Assembly (NCBI GenBank): GCA_030390025.1
Contig: CM059432.1
Coordinates: forward strand, 46,626,001 to 46,690,000
Reading direction: 5' to 3'
From: Squalus acanthias
Lineage: Eukaryota
Length of the DNA stretch: 64,000 bases
Position 1 is the stretch's first letter; every line of letters starts with the position of its first letter. Below, one piece after another: positions 51,227 through 63,888 of the stretch. A program made the translations under genes and the position numbers. The notes below the pieces were generated by a model. It worked only from the letters and a program-made list of their open reading frames with translations. It was not told where the DNA came from and ran no database searches.

Positions 51227-53746
51227 TCCATGTTGAACACAACTTGAAAGAAGCACTGAGAGTAGCAAGGGCACAGAATGTACTCTGGGTGGGGGACTTC
51301 AATGTCCATCACCAAGACTGGCTCGGTAGCACCACTACTGACCGAGCTGGCTGAGTCCTGAAGGACATAGCTGCCAGTCTGGGCCTGTGACAGGTGGTAA
51401 GAGAACCAACACGAGGGAAAAACCTACTTGACCTCGTTCTCACCAAACTACCTGTCACAGATGTATCTGTCCATGACAGCATTGGTAGCAGTGACTACCG
51501 CACAGTCATTGTGGAGTCGAAGTCCCGTCTTCACATTGAGGACACCCTCCATCGTGTTGTGTGGCACTACCACCATGCTAAATGGGATAGATTCAGGACA
51601 GATCTAGCAGCTCAAAGCTGGGCATCCATGAGGCGCTGTGGCCCATCAGCAACAGCAGAATTGTATTCCACCACAATCTGTAGCCTCATGTCCCGGCATT
51701 GCCCTCACTCTACCATTACCATCAAGCCAGCGGACCAACTCTGGTTCAATGAGGAGTGTAGAAGAGCATGCCAGGAGCAGCACCAGGCGTACCTAAAAAT
51801 GCCAACCTGGGGAAGCTGCAACACATGACTACATGCATGCTAAAAAGCGGAAGCAGCATGCTATAGACAGGGCTAAGCGATCCCACAATCAACGGATCAG
51901 ATCAAAGCTCTGCAGTCCTGCCACATCCAGTCGTGAATGGTGGTGGACCATTTAACAACTAACGGGAAGAGGGGGCTCCATGAATATCCCCATCCTCAAT
52001 GATGGTGGAGTCCAGCAGGTTAGTGCAAAAGACAAAGCTGAAGCGTTTGCAACCATCTTCAGCCAGAAGTGCCAAGTGGATGATCCATATCGGCCTCCTC
52101 CTGAGGTCCCCACCACCACAAAAGCCAGTCTTCAGCCAATTCGATTCACTCCACATGATATCAAAAAACGGCTGAGCACATTGGATACAGCAAAGACTGT
52201 GGGCCCCGACAACATCCCGGCTGTCGTGCTGAAGAATTGTGCTCCAGAACTAGCCGTGCCTCTAGCTAAACTGTTCCAGTACAGTTATAACACTGGCATC
52301 TATCCGACAATGTGGAAAACTGCCCAGGTATGTCCTGACCACAAAAAGCAGGGCAAATCCAATCCGGCCAATTACCGCCCCATCAGTCTACTCTCAATCA
52401 TCAGCAAAGTGATGGAAGGTGTAGTCGAAAGTGCTATCAAGCGGCACTTACTCACCAATAACCTGCTCACTGATGCCCAGTTTGGGTTCCGCCAGGACCA
52501 CTCGGCTCCAGACCTCATTACAGCCTTGGTACAAACATGGATAAAAGAGCTGAATTCCAAAGGTGAGATGAGAGTGACTGCCCTTGACATCAAGGCAACA
52601 TTTGACCGAGTGTGGCATCAAGGAGCCCTAGTAAAACTGAAGTCAATGGGAATCGGGGTGAAAACTCTCTGCTGGCTGGAGTCATACCTAGCACAAAGGA
52701 AGATGGTTGTGGTGGTTGGAGCTCAATCATCACAGCCCCAGGACATCGCTGCAGGAGTTCCTCAGGGCAGTGTCCTAGGCCCAACCATCTTCAGCAGCTT
52801 CATCAATTACCTTCCCTCCATCATAAGGTCAGAAGTGGGGATATTCACTGATGACTGCACAGTGTTCAGTGCCATTCGCACATTCTCAGATAATGAAGCA
52901 GTCCATGCCCACATGCAGCAAGATCTGGACGACGTTCAGGCTTGGGCTAATAATTGGCAGGTATCATTTGCGCCACACAAATGCCAGGCAATAACTATAT
53001 CCAACAATCGAACACCTAACCACCACCCCTTGACATTCAACGGCATTACCATCGCCGAATCCCCCACCATCAATATCCTGGGGGTCACCATTGACCAGAA
53101 ACGTAACTGGACCAGCCACATAAATACTGTGGCAACAAGAGCAAGTCAGAGGCTAGGTATTCTGTAGTGAGCGTCTCACCTCCTGAGTCCCCAAAGCCTT
53201 TCACCATCTACAAGGCACAAGTCAGGAGTGTGATGAAATACTCTCCACTTGCCTGGATGAGTGCAGCTCCAACAACACTCAAGAAGCTCAACACCATCCA
53301 AGACAAAGCAGCCCGGTTGATTGGCACCCCATCCACCACCTTAAACATTCAATCACTCCACCACCACGTATCGTGGCTGCAGTGTGTACCATCTACAAGA
53401 TGCACTGCAGTAACTCGCCAAGGCTTCTTCGGCAGCAACTCCCAAACTCGCCATCTCTACCACCTAGAAGGACAAGGGCAGAAGGTGCATGGGAACACCA
53501 TCACCTCCATTTCCCCTCCAGGTCACACCCCATCCTGACTTGGAAGTATATCGCCGATCCTTCATCGTCACTGGGTCAAAATCCTGGAACTCCCTCCCTA
53601 ACAGCACTGTGGGAGTACCTTCACCATACGGACTGCAGCGGTTCAAGAAGGCAGCTCACCACCACCTTCTCAAGGGCAACTAGGGATGGGCAATAAATGC
53701 TGGCTTTGCCAGCGACGCCCACATCCCATGAACGAATAAAAGAAAA
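51227..53746 (+). mobile_element. CR1/L2-group LINE, endonuclease C-half + RT + 3' UTR, decayed
   Basis: VGDFNVHH, PTRGKNLLDLVLT, SDY; NYRPISLLS, AGVPQGSVLGP, FTDDC; same family as 2601-3887. Confidence 0.95.
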
Positions 53747-53784
53747 GTTAGCAAAGTGTTCAAATTACTCTCTGAGAAAGGGTA

Positions 53785-54169
53785 AGAAAAGAAAAAAAGA
53801 CTTGCATTTATATGGCACCTTTCATGACCACCGGACATCCAGAAGCACTTTACAGCCAATGAAGGACTTTTTGAAGTGTAGTCACTATTGTAATGTAGGA
53901 AACACAGCAGCCAATTTCTGTACAGCAAGCTCACACAAACAGCAATGTGATAATGATCAGCTAATCTGTTTTTTAGTAGTCGAGAGATAAACATTGGCTA
54001 GGACACCAGGGATAACCCTTGCTCTTCTTTGAAATAGTGCCATTCATTCCCTCGATACTGCACTAGAGCGTCAGCCTAGATTTTTGTGCTCAAGTCTCTG
54101 GAGTGGGACTTGAACCCACAACCTTCCGACTCAGATGTAAGAGTGCTACCAACTGAGTCACGGCTGACA
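53785..54169 (-). mobile_element. tRNA-head Deu-domain SINE (SacSINE1-like) with internal deletion
   Basis: On -: A-box TGACTCAGTTGG, B-box GGTTCAAGTCC; tail as at 12228. Confidence 0.82.
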
Positions 54170-56122
54170 CGGCACGAATCTTGGCTTTTCTAAAGAACAA
54201 CTAATTCCGTCAACAGCCAAATTAGTTTTACAGGAAAATTTCTCAGCACCAAGATGTCTAATGAAGTAAAAGGTTTTATTTTCCTTTTACCCTCCCATTG
54301 CCATGGCAAAGAACCTTGTTACAGTAGCTTTGGAGAAAAAAACATCTTTGGAATGAGGAGATATCTTGTTACAGTTCATTTGGCAATTTCCAGGACACGC
54401 TAGAAAATGTTAACATAAATTGTTTATCTATATGCAAATTTACTAGGGCAAGCTCGTTCTCTATGTACTCCAGATTTAGAATTATTCTTTCTCTCTCTCT
54501 CTCTCTCCCTCTATCTGATCTCACTCCTGCCTCAAAGCTGATAGTTTGAAGGCCTGGACCATATGTGTTTTCATCAGTTTAGCAACGTCAGCTTGTGTAA
54601 CCAGTAATGTGCCTGCAACCAAATTAGACTGCAGTGTGATTGAAATTGAAATAATTATTTGATTCAACTTGCTGTGCTTAATTGTGTACAGAGTGGAGCC
54701 TTATGAAATAGACTTTATATATGCGTATCCTCAAGGTTGCAGTTTATCAAGCTAATGTTCTACATGGCATGTGATCTGGGTCTTACGGAAAAAAAGCTGT
54801 TTTTCATATGTTTCGATAGTTCATGTTTTAACCAGCTATATCCAGCACTCTGTACAAAAAACGGTAGCAAAAGTGGTGGGGGTTAAAAAGCTTAGGCTAT
54901 AGGTTACAAGGGCTAACCTTGTTAGGCTATAGGTTACAAGGGCCCCTGCAACACAAAAAGCAAAACAGTTGATGTGAGCTTTTATGCCCCATCATGATTC
55001 CATAAACAAACTTAAATAAAATCTGAATGCAATGTGTACTGTGCCTTTAAATAACCAATCGCTAGTAGCAGGTTTGCTTTAGCAATACAGCAATGTCACT
55101 GGGCAGAGCACAAAGCAATGGGAATTTCAAATTCTGTAAACGGCCCTCGTTGTTATGTCTCTGCCATTTGAAGTAGAGTGTAGCTGTAATGGGTAAAGCA
55201 GAGATGTAATAAGCAAGTGAGGTTCCTCTGCTATATACATTTTGTACCATTAAAGAATAATGTTGGTTAAAGTATCCTTGAGTATCAGGATTTAGCCTAA
55301 GGAACAACAAGAAGTTTGAATTATAAAGCTCAAGGGCTTGCAAATCTACAACAAATGCAGTTTCCACCAATAGTTATTCATTATTATTTTTCTTTCTGGT
55401 CATCATCTGTAAATGTTATTAAGAGAAATAAGCCAGATTCGAGCTTGAATTGCTTTATTTGATTAGGTTCAAATTAATCTAATTTTATTGCATGATTTAA
55501 TTGGTGAAAATAAATATAAAATATACTTAGAGTGATATTATTTTGCAGTGCATTAAGCATTCACAATTATGTAGATGAAGCATTTGTAATGTAATACACT
55601 TTTGTTTTAGCTGCTTCTTATTTGTGAATTGTATAATGCAATTTTCTGCTAATTCTCCAGAAAATGTTTTGGACCCTGTGGCCTTAACTAAGATGTCATT
55701 TTGTTTCTCTTGAGTGCAGATGAATAAGTGGGAAATGCTAGAAAATCTCTTATTATGGTGAAAACATTATGATGTCTCCAGGCTACAACAACCAATAAAT
55801 ATTTAAATGTTTCTTCTTCAATGATAAGAGTTGTTATGTGCTTTTTATTCATTATAATATTCAGATTGTGTGTAAAGCACATAAAAGCTATTTTGAAACT
55901 TGATTTGGATATGCCATAAGCACATAACATCTTAATCTTTTCATATTCCATGTTTCGTATTAGTTATCAGTAGAGATTAGAACCATCATTGTGGAGGGTG
56001 TAGGAGAGGGAACTTAGAGCTCAGGCTTTGCATTTCACATTAGCATAGTCCAGAATGCCGAACCTTCATATATGAGCCAGTTTATTCCTGGAATAAATAA
56101 AGTCGCCTCTATATAACAGAAA

Positions 56123-57030
56123 GGGGAATTTTAACCTTCAAAAACTGGAGGTTTGGGTCAGGTGAGATGGAAAGATTTTTAAAATCTCATACCTGAACAC
56201 AACCTGCCTTGAACCCGCCCACTTCCAGTTTTAACGGAGGCGGGACGGGGGTGTGGGCAACCAACCCCCTCTCAGGAGCCTGGTCACTCATTTAAATATT
56301 TTAATGAGGCTGCATGCATCAGATTTTATCTGTCTTCCAACTTTAACCCTGGTCAGCAGGGTGGCAGCTGAAGGGAGGCGAGGATTGCTGCGTGGAAGAG
56401 GTAAGTGCCTTTCCAGCACTGCTTGTGGGCCAGAAGCAGCAGGAGTGCTTCTTCCTAGCCCCTCAAGCTAACCTACCTCCCCTCTCCCCGTAATCGGACA
56501 ACCCCCCAACCCGTGATTCGAACACCCCCGATATCACGACCCTTTGCCTGCAATCACTGAACTCTCACCGCCCCCCCCGCGACAATTGGATCCACCCCAT
56601 CCCCCACGATCACCCTTGATGCTGTACCCACGCCCAATGTTCCCTCTGATTATTTTTTCATTCACGATCCCTTTAAATTTGCTGCGCGGTATCTACTCAG
56701 CGGCAACAGCTTGTGAGCGGCCTGCAGGGGACCTCCAAATTGATGAGCGGCCACGCACCCGTGCACCTTAGAGGGAACATTGCCCACCCCCCCGTCATGA
56801 CCTCTACCCCAGCAATGGGATACCTACATGCTCCTGGGCTGCTGCCTCTTCTCCAGCGTTCCCCGCCCAACAAGGAGCTAAGCATGTCAATCAGGCTGGC
56901 TTCCAAGCAGGGATCCTGTTGAAAAAAACCCACGCACGCTGTAGAATTGAAACTCCACAGTGTTCAGGGACCAGAGCACCTCCAACCCCTCTCCAACTTG
57001 GAAATCCTGCCCTACTAAAGATCGGGGGTC
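56123..57030. mobile_element. Degenerate Harbinger-type MITE
   Basis: Left part homologous to 26330-26560; right end uncertain. Confidence 0.55.
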
Positions 57031-57379
57031 AGAATCTCTCATAGACCAATAAAAATGTATAGGGGAGATTTTCCGTTTCGGTGTTCCTAGCGTGTCCTAG
57101 GAATGCATTGCGTGAAATTGAGTTTCTGGTGTGGAATCTTGTTCAATGGAAGCATAGATTGGTAATGCAGTGAATTGGGTGTGGTGACCTCCATTCTCCC
57201 ATCTAAGTGAGATGGGAACAGAGTCTTGAAATTTAGGGGCTATGCTGTCCAACAACCCAAGGTAATTTATTTTTCAATAAACTGCTGCTCGTAAATCATT
57301 TATTTGGTTTGTATCAGATATTTGCTAATTTTTTATTAGTCGAGATTTTTGCTTGGAAAGTTAGGATGAGGAAATGCAC

Positions 57380-58255
57380 CATGTATATCAATGACTTGGA
57401 TATAGGGCTAGAGGGAGCGGCATCCAAATTTACAGATGATACTAAAATAGGAGGGCTAATAAATAATTCTGCGGACCATAGGAATCTGCAAGGGGATATT
57501 GGTAAAGAATGGTGGAATGGGTAGAAAAGTGATAGACCGAATTCAATGTCAGTAAGAGTGAGGTGGTACATTTTGGTAAAAAATAGTAATAATTATACTT
57601 TGAATGAGGGAAAGGTGGGTGATGTGGAAGATCAGAGGGACTTGGGAGTCAGTTTCACAAGGTTTTAAAAGCAGCACCTCAAGCGGATATGGCCATAAAA
57701 AAAGCTAATAGAATAATGGGTTTTATGGCAGGAGGCCTAGAAATTAGATTGCCCTGCGCCCATTTTACAGGCATAAAATGTGTGTGCTCATTGTGCATCA
57801 GAAGTGCACCACTTGCCATATTGCTTAGGGCTCCTTTGCAGGCATCCGGGGATGCGCCACAAGCTGGCATTAGGCCTATTGCATCTGCAAATTGGTGGCC
57901 TAATGCCTGTTCCAGGCCCCTTTGCAAAATTGGATTGTGAATGAGCACAACATGCACAGTGTGTGCTGCATTCAGTTTCTTCAGGCGTTCAGCAGCCAAA
58001 CCAGCAGTTTTTAAAGGGGCATTAGAGGGGACAGTGCAGGTTCACTAGGATACTGCCTGGTATAAGAAAACAGAAATATAAAGAAGGACTTGAAAAATTA
58101 AAGCTGTTTTTGTTAGAACAGAGATGATTACAGGGTGATTTGATTATGAGGGGATGGGACAGTATAGATAGAAACAGACTGTTTCCAGAGATTGAGGAGT
58201 TAAGAATAAGGGGACATAGATACAACAGTAAATGTAAGAAATTTAGAATAGAAAG
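57380..58255 (+). mobile_element. Old CR1 RT fragment with a MITE remnant (~57733-58020)
   Basis: YINDLD..ASKFTDDTKIGG, AIKKANRIMGF. Confidence 0.75.
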
Positions 58256-58273
58256 TAGAGTCATAGAGTCATA

Positions 58274-59046
58274 GGGGTAGAAATTGAGTCGCGCCCCATT
58301 TGGGGCGCTAACCTCGCCGGGGCGCGACTTTTAGCGCCCCGAAAAAATTAGCGGCCCCGCGCCGGAACTTCAGTGGTTGCGCCCCAAGAGGGAAGCGGGG
58401 CGCCACTGGAAGCACCCCGCATCCCTCTTGGGGCGCTGCGAGTGAATATCCTGGCGCTACGTGCCGCAGTGCCACGCGCTGCGGCACGTCGCGCCGCGGT
58501 ATTGCAGGCCTTCCTCCCCTTCTTAAAGGGGAGGGACCCTGCGCAGCGCGAACCGGGGCCCAGCTGGGCCCCCAGGGATCGGGAGTGCCGGCAAAAGAGC
58601 CCGGCACTCAAGAGAAGTGCCGGGCTCTTGGAGCGCAGCCGGCACTTCACGGTGGGGGGGCTTCACGGGGGCCGGGGACAGCAACGGGGGCAGGTGCTGG
58701 CAGGCGGCCAGCAACAAAAATGGCCGCCTGCCACCTCCCCTTTAAATATCGCCGCCCCGGCCGCACGTACGCCTCCCTGAACCCGTCGGACATAGCGTCT
58801 GGCGGTAAATCAGGGGGCGCGACTGAAGATCACGGCTGGGGCGCGAGCGGGGTGCTGCGCACGGTGATGACGTCATCGCCGGCGGCGCAGCGCCACAGGG
58901 CGCTACCGGCTGCCGCCGCCGCTAACCTCCCACTAAATTTTTCGGGAGGCGTGGGCGGCGCTGCGCCCGGGCGTTAGCTGCTTTACGCCCCATTAGCGCC
59001 CTCTTAAGGCGCTAACGGGAGGCGCAAGCAGCTGAATTTTTCCCCC
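58274..59046. mobile_element. GC-rich Harbinger-type MITE
   Basis: GGGGTAGAAATTGAG / CTGAATTTTTCCCCC, 3-bp TSD ATA within the CR1 tail. Confidence 0.9.
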
Positions 59047-59663
59047 ATAGAGTTATACAGCACAGAAAGAGGCCCTTCAGCCCATCGTGTCTGCGCCGGC
59101 CATCAAGCCCTATCTATTCTAATCCCATTTTGCAGCACTTGGTCCGTAGCCTTGTATGCTATGGCGTTTCAAGTGCTCATCTAAATGCTTCTTGAATGTT
59201 GTGAGGGTACCTGCCTCTGCCACCCTTTCAGGCAGTGAGTTCCAGATTCCAACCACCCTCTGGGTGAAAAAGTTTTTCCTCAAATCCCCTCTAAACCTCC
59301 TGCCCCTTACCTTGAAACTATGCCCCCTGGTTATTGACCCCTCTACTAAAGGGAAAAGTTCCTTTCTATCTACCCTATCTATGCCCCTCATAATTTTGTA
59401 CACCTCAATCAGGTCCCCCCTCAGCTTTCTCTGCTCTAAGGAAAACAACCCCAGCCTGTCCAGTCTCTCTTCATAGCTGAAGCGCTCCAGCCCAGGTAAC
59501 ATCCTGGTGAATCTCCTCTGCACCCTCTCCAATGCAATCACATCCTTCCTATAGTGTGGCGATCAGAACTGCACACAGTATTCCAGCTGTGGCCTAACTA
59601 GCGTTTTATACAGCTCCATCATAACCTCCCTGCTCTTATATTCTATGCCTTGGCTAATGAAGG

Positions 59664-60140
59664 TCATGATGTGGAGATGCCGGCGTTGGACTGGGGTGGA
59701 CAAAAATGAGAAGTCGCACAACACCAGGTTATAGTCCAACAGATTTATTTAATTTTACAAGCTTTCGGAGCTGTTCGCTCCTTCCTCAGGTAGGGTAGCA
59801 GTGAGAGAATCTCCCAGAATTCACAATATAAACACAGAAAAAATCTATTCAAATCTTTCCCTACATCAAAGACACACTAAGAGCACAGCCAAGACAATGA
59901 GATGTGTCCCAGGGGGTCGTTGGACCCCCTGGGACACATCTCATTGTCTTGGCTGTGCTCTTAGTGTGTCTTTGATGTAGGGAAAGATTTGAATAGATTT
60001 TTTCTGTGTTTATATTGTGAATTCTGGGAGATTCTCTCACTGCTACCCTACCTGAGGAAGGAGCGAACAGCTCCGAAAGCTTGTAAAATTAAATAAATCT
60101 GTTGGACTATAACCTGGTGTTGTGCGACTTCTCATTTTTG
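59664..60140 (-). mobile_element. Penelope-like element 3' end with 218-bp fold-back
   Basis: Arms 59701-59918/59923-60140, loop GTTG, unpaired 37-nt tail, TSD (TT)GGCTAATGAAGG (59650-59663/60138-60151). Confidence 0.88.
60049..60085 (+). ncRNA. Minimal type I hammerhead ribozyme motif (mirror copy 59756-59792 on -)
   Basis: TAC-CTGAGGA-A-GGAGC(GAACA)GCTCC-GAAA-G-CTT-GTA. Confidence 0.8.
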
Positions 60141-60842
60141 GCTAATGAAGGCAAGTATCCCATATGCCTTCTTAACCACCTTATCTATCTGTCCTGCTGC
60201 CTTCAGGGATCTATGTACATGCACACCAAGGTCCCTCTGATCCTTTGTCCTTCCTAGGGTCCTACCATTCATTGTGTATTCCCTTACCTTGTTAGTCCTC
60301 CCAAAATGCATCACCTCACACTTTTCAGGGTTAAATTCCATTTGCCACTGTTCTGCCCACCTGACCAACCCGTCTATATCGTCCTGAGGCTTCCCTCCTC
60401 GCTATTTACCACTCCACCAATTTTCGTGTCATCTGCAAACTTACTGATCATACCTCCTACATTCATATCTAAATCATTAATGTACACTACAAACAGCAAG
60501 GGACCCAGCACCGATCCCTGCGGTACACCACTGGACACAGGCTTCCAGTCACAAAAACAACCTTCTACCATCACCCTCTGCCTCCTGCCACTAAGCCAAT
60601 TTTGGATCCAATGTGCCAAATTGCCCTGGATCCCATGGGCTCTTACCTTCTTGACCAGTCTCCCATGCGGGACTTTTTCAAAAGCTTTACTGAAGTCCAT
60701 GTAGACTACATCAACTACACTACCCTCATCCACACACCTGGTCACCCCCTCGAAAAATTCAATCAAATTGGTTAGACATGATCTCCCCCTGACAAAGCCA
60801 TGCTGACTATCCTTGATTAATCCTTGCCTCTCCAAGTGGAGA

Positions 60843-61092
60843 GTAGGAGAAACTATTTGACACAGAGGGTCGTGAGGCTGTGGAATCTATTATTGGAGTT
60901 AGTGATTGAAGCAGAGACCATGTCAACATTTTAGAATAAGTTAGATAGGTTGTTGAAGAAAAGGAGAAAAAAAGGATATGGGAACAGGGCAGACACTGGG
61001 ATTATGACTACATCTGGTATGGAGGATAAACAACAACTTTGTCTGGTTAGGCCAAACAGCCTGTTTCCGTGTTGTAATTTCTATGTAATTCT
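60843..61092 (+). mobile_element. Degenerate CR1 3' end
   Basis: RRNYLTQRVVRLWNLL, KGYGNRA; TTCTATGTAA tail. Confidence 0.72.
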
Positions 61093-61189
61093 ACCACATG
61101 TGCAACAGACACACTGGCCATTACTGTTGAAAAGCACAATTTGGAGCAATATTCAGATAATGTTGTGATATATCACTGCAGTCTATGGT

Positions 61190-61690
61190 GAAAACAAAAG
61201 AGGTTCACCAGATTGATCCCTGGGATGAGAGGGTTGTCCAATGAGGAGAGATTGAGTACAATGGGCCTGTACTCTCTGGAGTTTAGAAGAATGAGAGGTG
61301 ATTTCATTGAAACATGTAAGATTCTGAGGGGGATTGACAGGGTAGATGCTGAGAGGTTGTTTACCTGGTTGGAGAGTCTAGAATTAGGGGTCACAGTCTC
61401 AGGATAAGGGGTAGGCCATTTAAGACTGAGATGAGGATAAATTTCTTCACTCAGAGTATGGGGAATCTTTGGATTTCTCTACCCTAAAGGGATGTGGATG
61501 CTGAATCATTACGTATATTCAAAACTGAGATAGATAGATTTTTGGACTCCAGGGGAATCAAGGGATATGGGGATCGGGCAGGAAAGTGGAGGTGAGGTTG
61601 AAGGTCAGCCATGATCTTATTGAATGGCGGAGCAGGCTCGAGGGGTCGTATGCCCTGTTCCTGCTCTTAATTCTTATGTTCTTATGTTCG
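61190..61690 (+). mobile_element. CR1 3' end
   Basis: LIPGMRGLSNEERL..GLYSLEFRRMRGD; (TTCTTATG)n tail. Confidence 0.9.
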
Positions 61691-62029
61691 TAAGAAGACC
61701 AAGCTAAATAGTGTAAATTTTGACTGTTAAAAAGATCAAGTACCAGTAACTTGTACATGGTGAAAGGGCCAGTAAATAAGGCAAGTCGTGGGGCTTGAAT
61801 TATAATGGACAGGGCCAATTGGAGAAGTCGATCACAAACAACTGAAGTACCATGTCACAGAAAATCCATGGGTTGATGGATATAGTTATTATTTATTGTG
61901 AAAACAAGTTGATGTGGGTGATGCATTATCTCTGCTGTATTTGGCGTATATGGAGTGGATGCCCTTTTATGAAGCAAAAGAGAAGCTGGTTTGTAGGAAT
62001 TTGCAGCTAGTCCAGGTGAAATATATAGA

Positions 62030-62157
62030 GGGTTAAATTGGTCTTGGGCATTAGTGCAAAATAGATGATGGCGAATCGGCAGCCCGCCAATTTTCTTTTC
62101 CATTGTTGATTTACTATCGCCTATTTTGCACTACTGCCTAAGAGCAATTTCACACCC
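62030..62157. mobile_element. Small fold-back MITE
   Basis: ~45-bp imperfect inverted arms: AAATTGGTCTTGGGCATTAGTGCAAAATAG / CTATTTTGCACTACTGCCTAAGAGCAATTT. Confidence 0.6.
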
Positions 62158-62239
62158 ACTGTGTCATAAACAAGCAGGGACAATTCAGGGATGAAAAGGA
62201 TTGGTGTTGGCAGGTGATTGATAAATCACACCAGAACAT

Positions 62240-62740
62240 GGGAGTTCTTCCTTGCTTTTGTATTCTATGCCCCTATTTATAAAGCCAAGGCTCCCGTATT
62301 CTTTTTTAACAGCCTTATCAACGTCCTGCCACCTTCAAAGAGTTGTATATGTGAACCCCGAGGTCTGTCTGTTCCTGCAACCTCTTTAAAATTGTACCAT
62401 TTAGTTTATATTGCCTCTCCTCATTCTTCCTTCCAAAATGCATCACTTCACACTGCACTAAACGACACCTGCCATGTGTCTGCACAGTCTGTCTATGTCC
62501 GCCTGAAGTCTGCTACTCTTCTCCTCATCGTTTACTACTTTTACAAGTTTTGTGTCATCTGCAAACTTTGAAATTATATACCCAAGTCCAGGTCATTAAT
62601 ATATCAAAAAGAGCAGTGTCCCTAATTACGACCCCTGGGGGCACCATTGTATACGTTCCTCCAGGCTGAAAAATGACTGTTCACCACTACTCCCTGCATT
62701 TTGTCTCTTTGGCAATTTTGTATCCAGGCTGCCACTGCCT
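62240..62740 (-). mobile_element. Old CR1 RT fragment
   Basis: TGTGTCATCTGCAAACTTTGAAAT (ISKFADDT on -) and a GAPQGS remnant. Confidence 0.72.
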
Positions 62741-63153
62741 CTATTGGACAACATTTTAAAAAACACATTGTAAAATGTATGTACAGTGCAGACTATTACG
62801 AGATAATTAACAACAGTTGATTGTTATATTGATGAGCCGTGAAAATGTTATTAGCTAGGAATTAACATATTTCAGATCCAATCTGCAACTATAAAGGCAT
62901 TTTACTGTCCATATTTAAATGGTTCTACTTGGACTCTTTGTTCTTATATTTCTGATAAAATGTGTTATTTTTCTGCAAATAAACACAGTTGAAAACATTA
63001 CAAACAAACAATAATCCTGCTACAGATAGTCCAGATAAAGGGTGGGAACATTCCAAAAAATAAATCATCGCTAAGAAGTATATTTTCATCTGTTCACTAA
63101 TTTTAGGGCATGAATATTAGTGATGTTTCCTGCGTAATCGTTGCATTTACTTT

Positions 63154-63888
63154 GGGGGGAAAAACTGAGTCGCGCCCCATTTGGGGCGCTAACTTCACCA
63201 GGGCGCTAAAAGTAGCGCCCCGATAAAATTAGCGCCCCCGCGGCGGAAATTCATCGGTAGCATCCCAAGAGGGAAGCGGGGCGCTACTGGAAGCGCCCCG
63301 CCTCCCTCTTGGGGCACTGCGAGGGAATGTCGTGGCGCGACGTGCAGGAGCGCCATGTGCTGCGGCACATCACGCCGTGGTACTGCAGGCCTTCCTCCCC
63401 TTCTTAAAGGGGAGGGGCCTTGTGCAGCGCGACCCGGGGCCCAGCTGGGCCACCAGGGATCAGGAGTGCCGGCAAAAGAGCCTGGCACTTCTCTGGAGCG
63501 CAGCCGATACTCTGTGAGGTGGGTGCTCAGGGGGCCAGGGACGGCAACGGAGGCAGGTGCTGGCAGGCGGCCAGCAACAAAAATGGCCTCCTGGCACCTT
63601 GCCTTTAATTAGCGCTGCCCCGGCCGCAGGTGGGCCCCCCTGACCCCGTCGGATATAACGTCCATCGGTAAGTCAGGGGGCGCTACCGAATATCGCGGCC
63701 GAGGCACGAGTAGGATGCTGCGCACGGCGATGATGTCATCGCTGGCGGTGCAGCGCTGCGGGGTGCTAACGGTTACCGCCGACGCTAACCTCCTGCTGAA
63801 TTTCGTGGGAGGCGTTGGCGGCTCCACGCCAGGGTGCTAGTTGCTTAGGGCGTTAACAGGAGGCGCAAAGCAACTGAATTTCTCCCCC
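63154..63888. mobile_element. GC-rich Harbinger-type MITE (same family as 58274-59046)
   Basis: GGGGGGAAAAACTGAG / CTGAATTTCTCCCCC, TTT flanks; colinear with 58274-59046. Confidence 0.9.

Larger units (their letters stand above)
58257..60842 (-). mobile_element. CR1 LINE (RT + tail) interrupted by a MITE and a Penelope fold-back
   Basis: SQHGFVRGRSCLTNL, FADDTKIGG, RKNFFTQRVVGIWNSLP; (CTATGACT)n tail. Confidence 0.93.

Noticed and set aside
54095..54169. tRNA gene
   Set aside because: It is the A/B-box head of a SINE and runs directly into the SINE body.
55062..55370. Minus-strand ORF with a possible short exon (also 50411-50490 on +)
   Set aside because: Splice-like signals are present but the peptides are unrecognisable and cannot be supported without alignment.
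58308..58977. Multiple overlapping ORFs (also 10864-11349 and 63195-63827)
   Set aside because: Expected by chance in GC-rich MITEs; frames are not preserved between copies.
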